64,000 nt of DNA from the NCBI GenBank assembly GCA_029717555.1, contig JAMDHS010000047.1, forward strand, positions 62,001-126,000. Direction: 5' to 3'. Position 1 is the first letter of the stretch. The number at the start of each line of letters is the position of its first letter. Both the position numbers and the translations under genes were made by a program. Positions 61,893 through 64,000 of the stretch are shown in pieces. Origin of the DNA: Peribolospora baueri. Taxonomy: Eukaryota. Under the pieces are notes generated by a model. That model did not search any database. It worked only from the letters and a program-made list of their open reading frames with translations, and was not told where the DNA came from.

Positions 61893-64000
61893 ATGAGCCG
61901 CATGAGCCGGCAGGAACAGACAGACGGCCCTTTTCTGCCGTCCTCCTCCTCCGCCACCAGTCGTCATGTTACTGCCAAGCCCCCGCCGGGAGCAGGAGCG
62001 ATGATGGACGAGGGCGATGACAACGACGGCGGACCCCAGAACGGCGCCGGCCACCCTCGCACAGAGCCCGCTTCCTCTTCTAGCATCCACCAGGGCAACC
62101 TTCCTTCCACCTCGACTCCTTCGACCACCTCGACCTCGACCTCGCTCTCGCCCTCGCCCTCCGTCCCCGTCTCCATCCCCCACTCGCCGCCTCGCGCAGC
62201 TCATCCCTCCCCCCGCTCCCACCCCAGCGTCACCTTCTTCTCCAGCACATCCTCGTCCGCCGCTGGGCCCTCCCGCTCGCGTCACATCGACCGCGACGGC
62301 AGTCTGCCCAGCATGCCGCCCGCCCACTTTCCCCATCCCCACCGCATGGACGACATGCGCCACGGCGCAGACGAATACTTCCTTGGCGGTACAGACGTGC
62401 TCGACATGCAGCCAACCGCCCTCCAGCAAGCCGACCGGGACGGCGATGCGGACGGCAACTGGCATGATCATCAGGCCACCCTCGTCGGAAGAGCCTATGC
62501 CAATACCAACGGCAAGAATAGGAAGCTGGCTTCCGTCGGTGAGTAGTCGCCCGTCGGCTTTGGCGTTCGCGTCCTGTACCCCCGCCCCGCCGCCTTCGGA
62601 CGAAGAACCCTCGGGTTGTCTGTGCGCTATAGGTCTCCATGGCCATCGTCCGCGCTCACGCCCATCTTCTTCCCTTTGCTCCCGTCCCGCCACTCTCTAT
62701 CACTATCACCGCAGAACCCGTCATGCTAGAGGAAGACCCCCTCCGCGCCCCTCACCCTCCCTTCATCGACGAGGACGGCGGCCGCGCCTCGCTCGAGTCT
62801 GCCGCCTCCAGCGCCACCGACGAGTCCGACTTTGACTGGGAGGCAGAGGACGAGACATCGTCCCACATCGGTGCCGCCGAAGGGTCCAGGCGCGCCAAGC
62901 GCCTCCGCAAGGTCTACCTGTCCTGTCTCCGTCTCGCCCGGCCCGTGCGCATCTTGCTCGTTGGCTTGTTCGGCACGGCCTTCTGCATAGTGCCCACCAT
63001 CGTCGTCGTCGTCTGCTTCCCCGACAACCCCGCCCGCGCGCAGGTCGAAGCTTGGTCGATCTGGATCTCCATCGTCTTCGCTGCCGCCTGCGGTACCCTT
63101 CTCTTCGTCGACCTCGTCCCGGACCTCGCCCTTCGCCTGTGCCACTGGGTGTATGGAAAGGTGCCGGAGTACTTCAAGACCTGGGTCGAGCTGTTCATGG
63201 CCGTCCGGAACTGGGTCCAGCTCACGCTCATCGTCACCTGGGCGTGGATATCGTTGAGCGGCACCACCAGCGTGGCCCTCCGCAACCAGCCCACGCCCCA
63301 CTATTTTCACTACGTGAACGAGGTCCTTCAGGCCCTCTTCGGCACTTCTATCGTCCTCCTCGCCGAGAAGACGCTCCTCCGCGTCATCGCCATCAATTTC
63401 CACCGTACCGCCGTCAAGGATCGCTTGGATCAGAACGCAAAGGCTCTCCGCGCCCTCGACAAGCTTCACGAGGTCAAGTTCATCGCCAAGAAGAGGAACG
63501 CCGGGAACCGGAGGAGCGGGTTTTGGCCGGCCGCCGCCACCCCTGGCACCAGTCGACCCAACACGCCCGGCGCCGGCGTTGGCGTCTTTTGGGGCTCTTC
63601 CGACGCTGGAGCAGGCACTTCGGCTTCCAGAGCCCAGCAGGGCCAGCAGCAGCGCCCTGGGACGCACCTCCGCCAGAGGAGCAAGAGCGATTTCGAGGAA
63701 GTCAAGCTCAGTCCGCCCCAGAGTCAGTCCGTCAGTCGGTCCAACGTGAGTGCTCGGCATAAAAAATTGCGGACGTGGGTGAGCGTGTGGATGCGAATAA
63801 GCTGACGGTTGATTCTTGACCTTTGGAATGCTTCAGTCGTCGCACCATCATCACCACCACCATGTCCACGGTTTTCACCATGGCCACCACCACCAGCACC
63901 CACACCACGACCAACACCACGAAAAGAAAAAGAAGGTACCGGCACCGGTCCACCTGGCCTCCAAGGCGGCCAACAACATCGCCGACGCGCTCGCCGCGGC
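61893..64000 (+). CDS. Fungal MscS-like mechanosensitive channel (Msy1/Msy2 type), 5' part; runs off the window end
   Basis: Disordered N-terminus, intron about 62539-62714, four hydrophobic helices, then LLAEKTLLRVIAINFHRTAVKDRLDQNAKALRALDKL, matching the recalled EK..IQ.IAI.FH...DR motif of fungal MscS-like proteins. The MscS core itself is not in the window. Confidence 0.72.

Overview
Gene-dense, GC-rich eukaryotic DNA with many short GT..AG introns (GTGAG donors, CTGAC/CTAAC branch points), consistent with an intron-rich basidiomycete fungus; the taxon is inferred from splice style and protein similarity recalled from memory, not from a search. Seventeen spliced genes could be assembled by hand, in order: a Baeyer-Villiger-type FAD monooxygenase, FAT1-type acyl-CoA synthetase, alanine-glyoxylate aminotransferase, a Zn2Cys6 regulator, an RWDD2-like protein, an M36 fungalysin, a chitin synthase, a DHA1 MFS transporter, a CS-domain tail-anchored protein, a nitronate monooxygenase, a GPI-anchored Ser/Ala-rich protein, MutY, AHA1, a 16-exon sugar/quinate permease, a LOC1-like protein, an aquaglyceroporin and a truncated MscS-like channel. 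Most ORFs in the supplied track are shadow or intron-spanning frames. The notable non-obvious signals are: (1) a canonical PTS2 (RLQQVASHL) encoded in frame just upstream of the second AUG of AGX1, suggesting a peroxisomal isoform made by alternative or non-AUG initiation; (2) an AT-rich, frameshifted LAGLIDADG homing-endonuclease fragment (probable mitochondrial insertion) in the nitronate monooxygenase promoter; (3) a 1178-bp element with perfect 31-bp terminal inverted repeats and a truncated Mutator-like ORF between MutY and AHA1; (4) a fold-back with roughly 90-bp arms at the window start; (5) a copia RNase H relic; (6) an adjacent aquaglyceroporin and mechanosensitive channel. No RNA genes or CRISPR arrays were seen. 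All exon boundaries are hand-derived and need RNA-seq confirmation.
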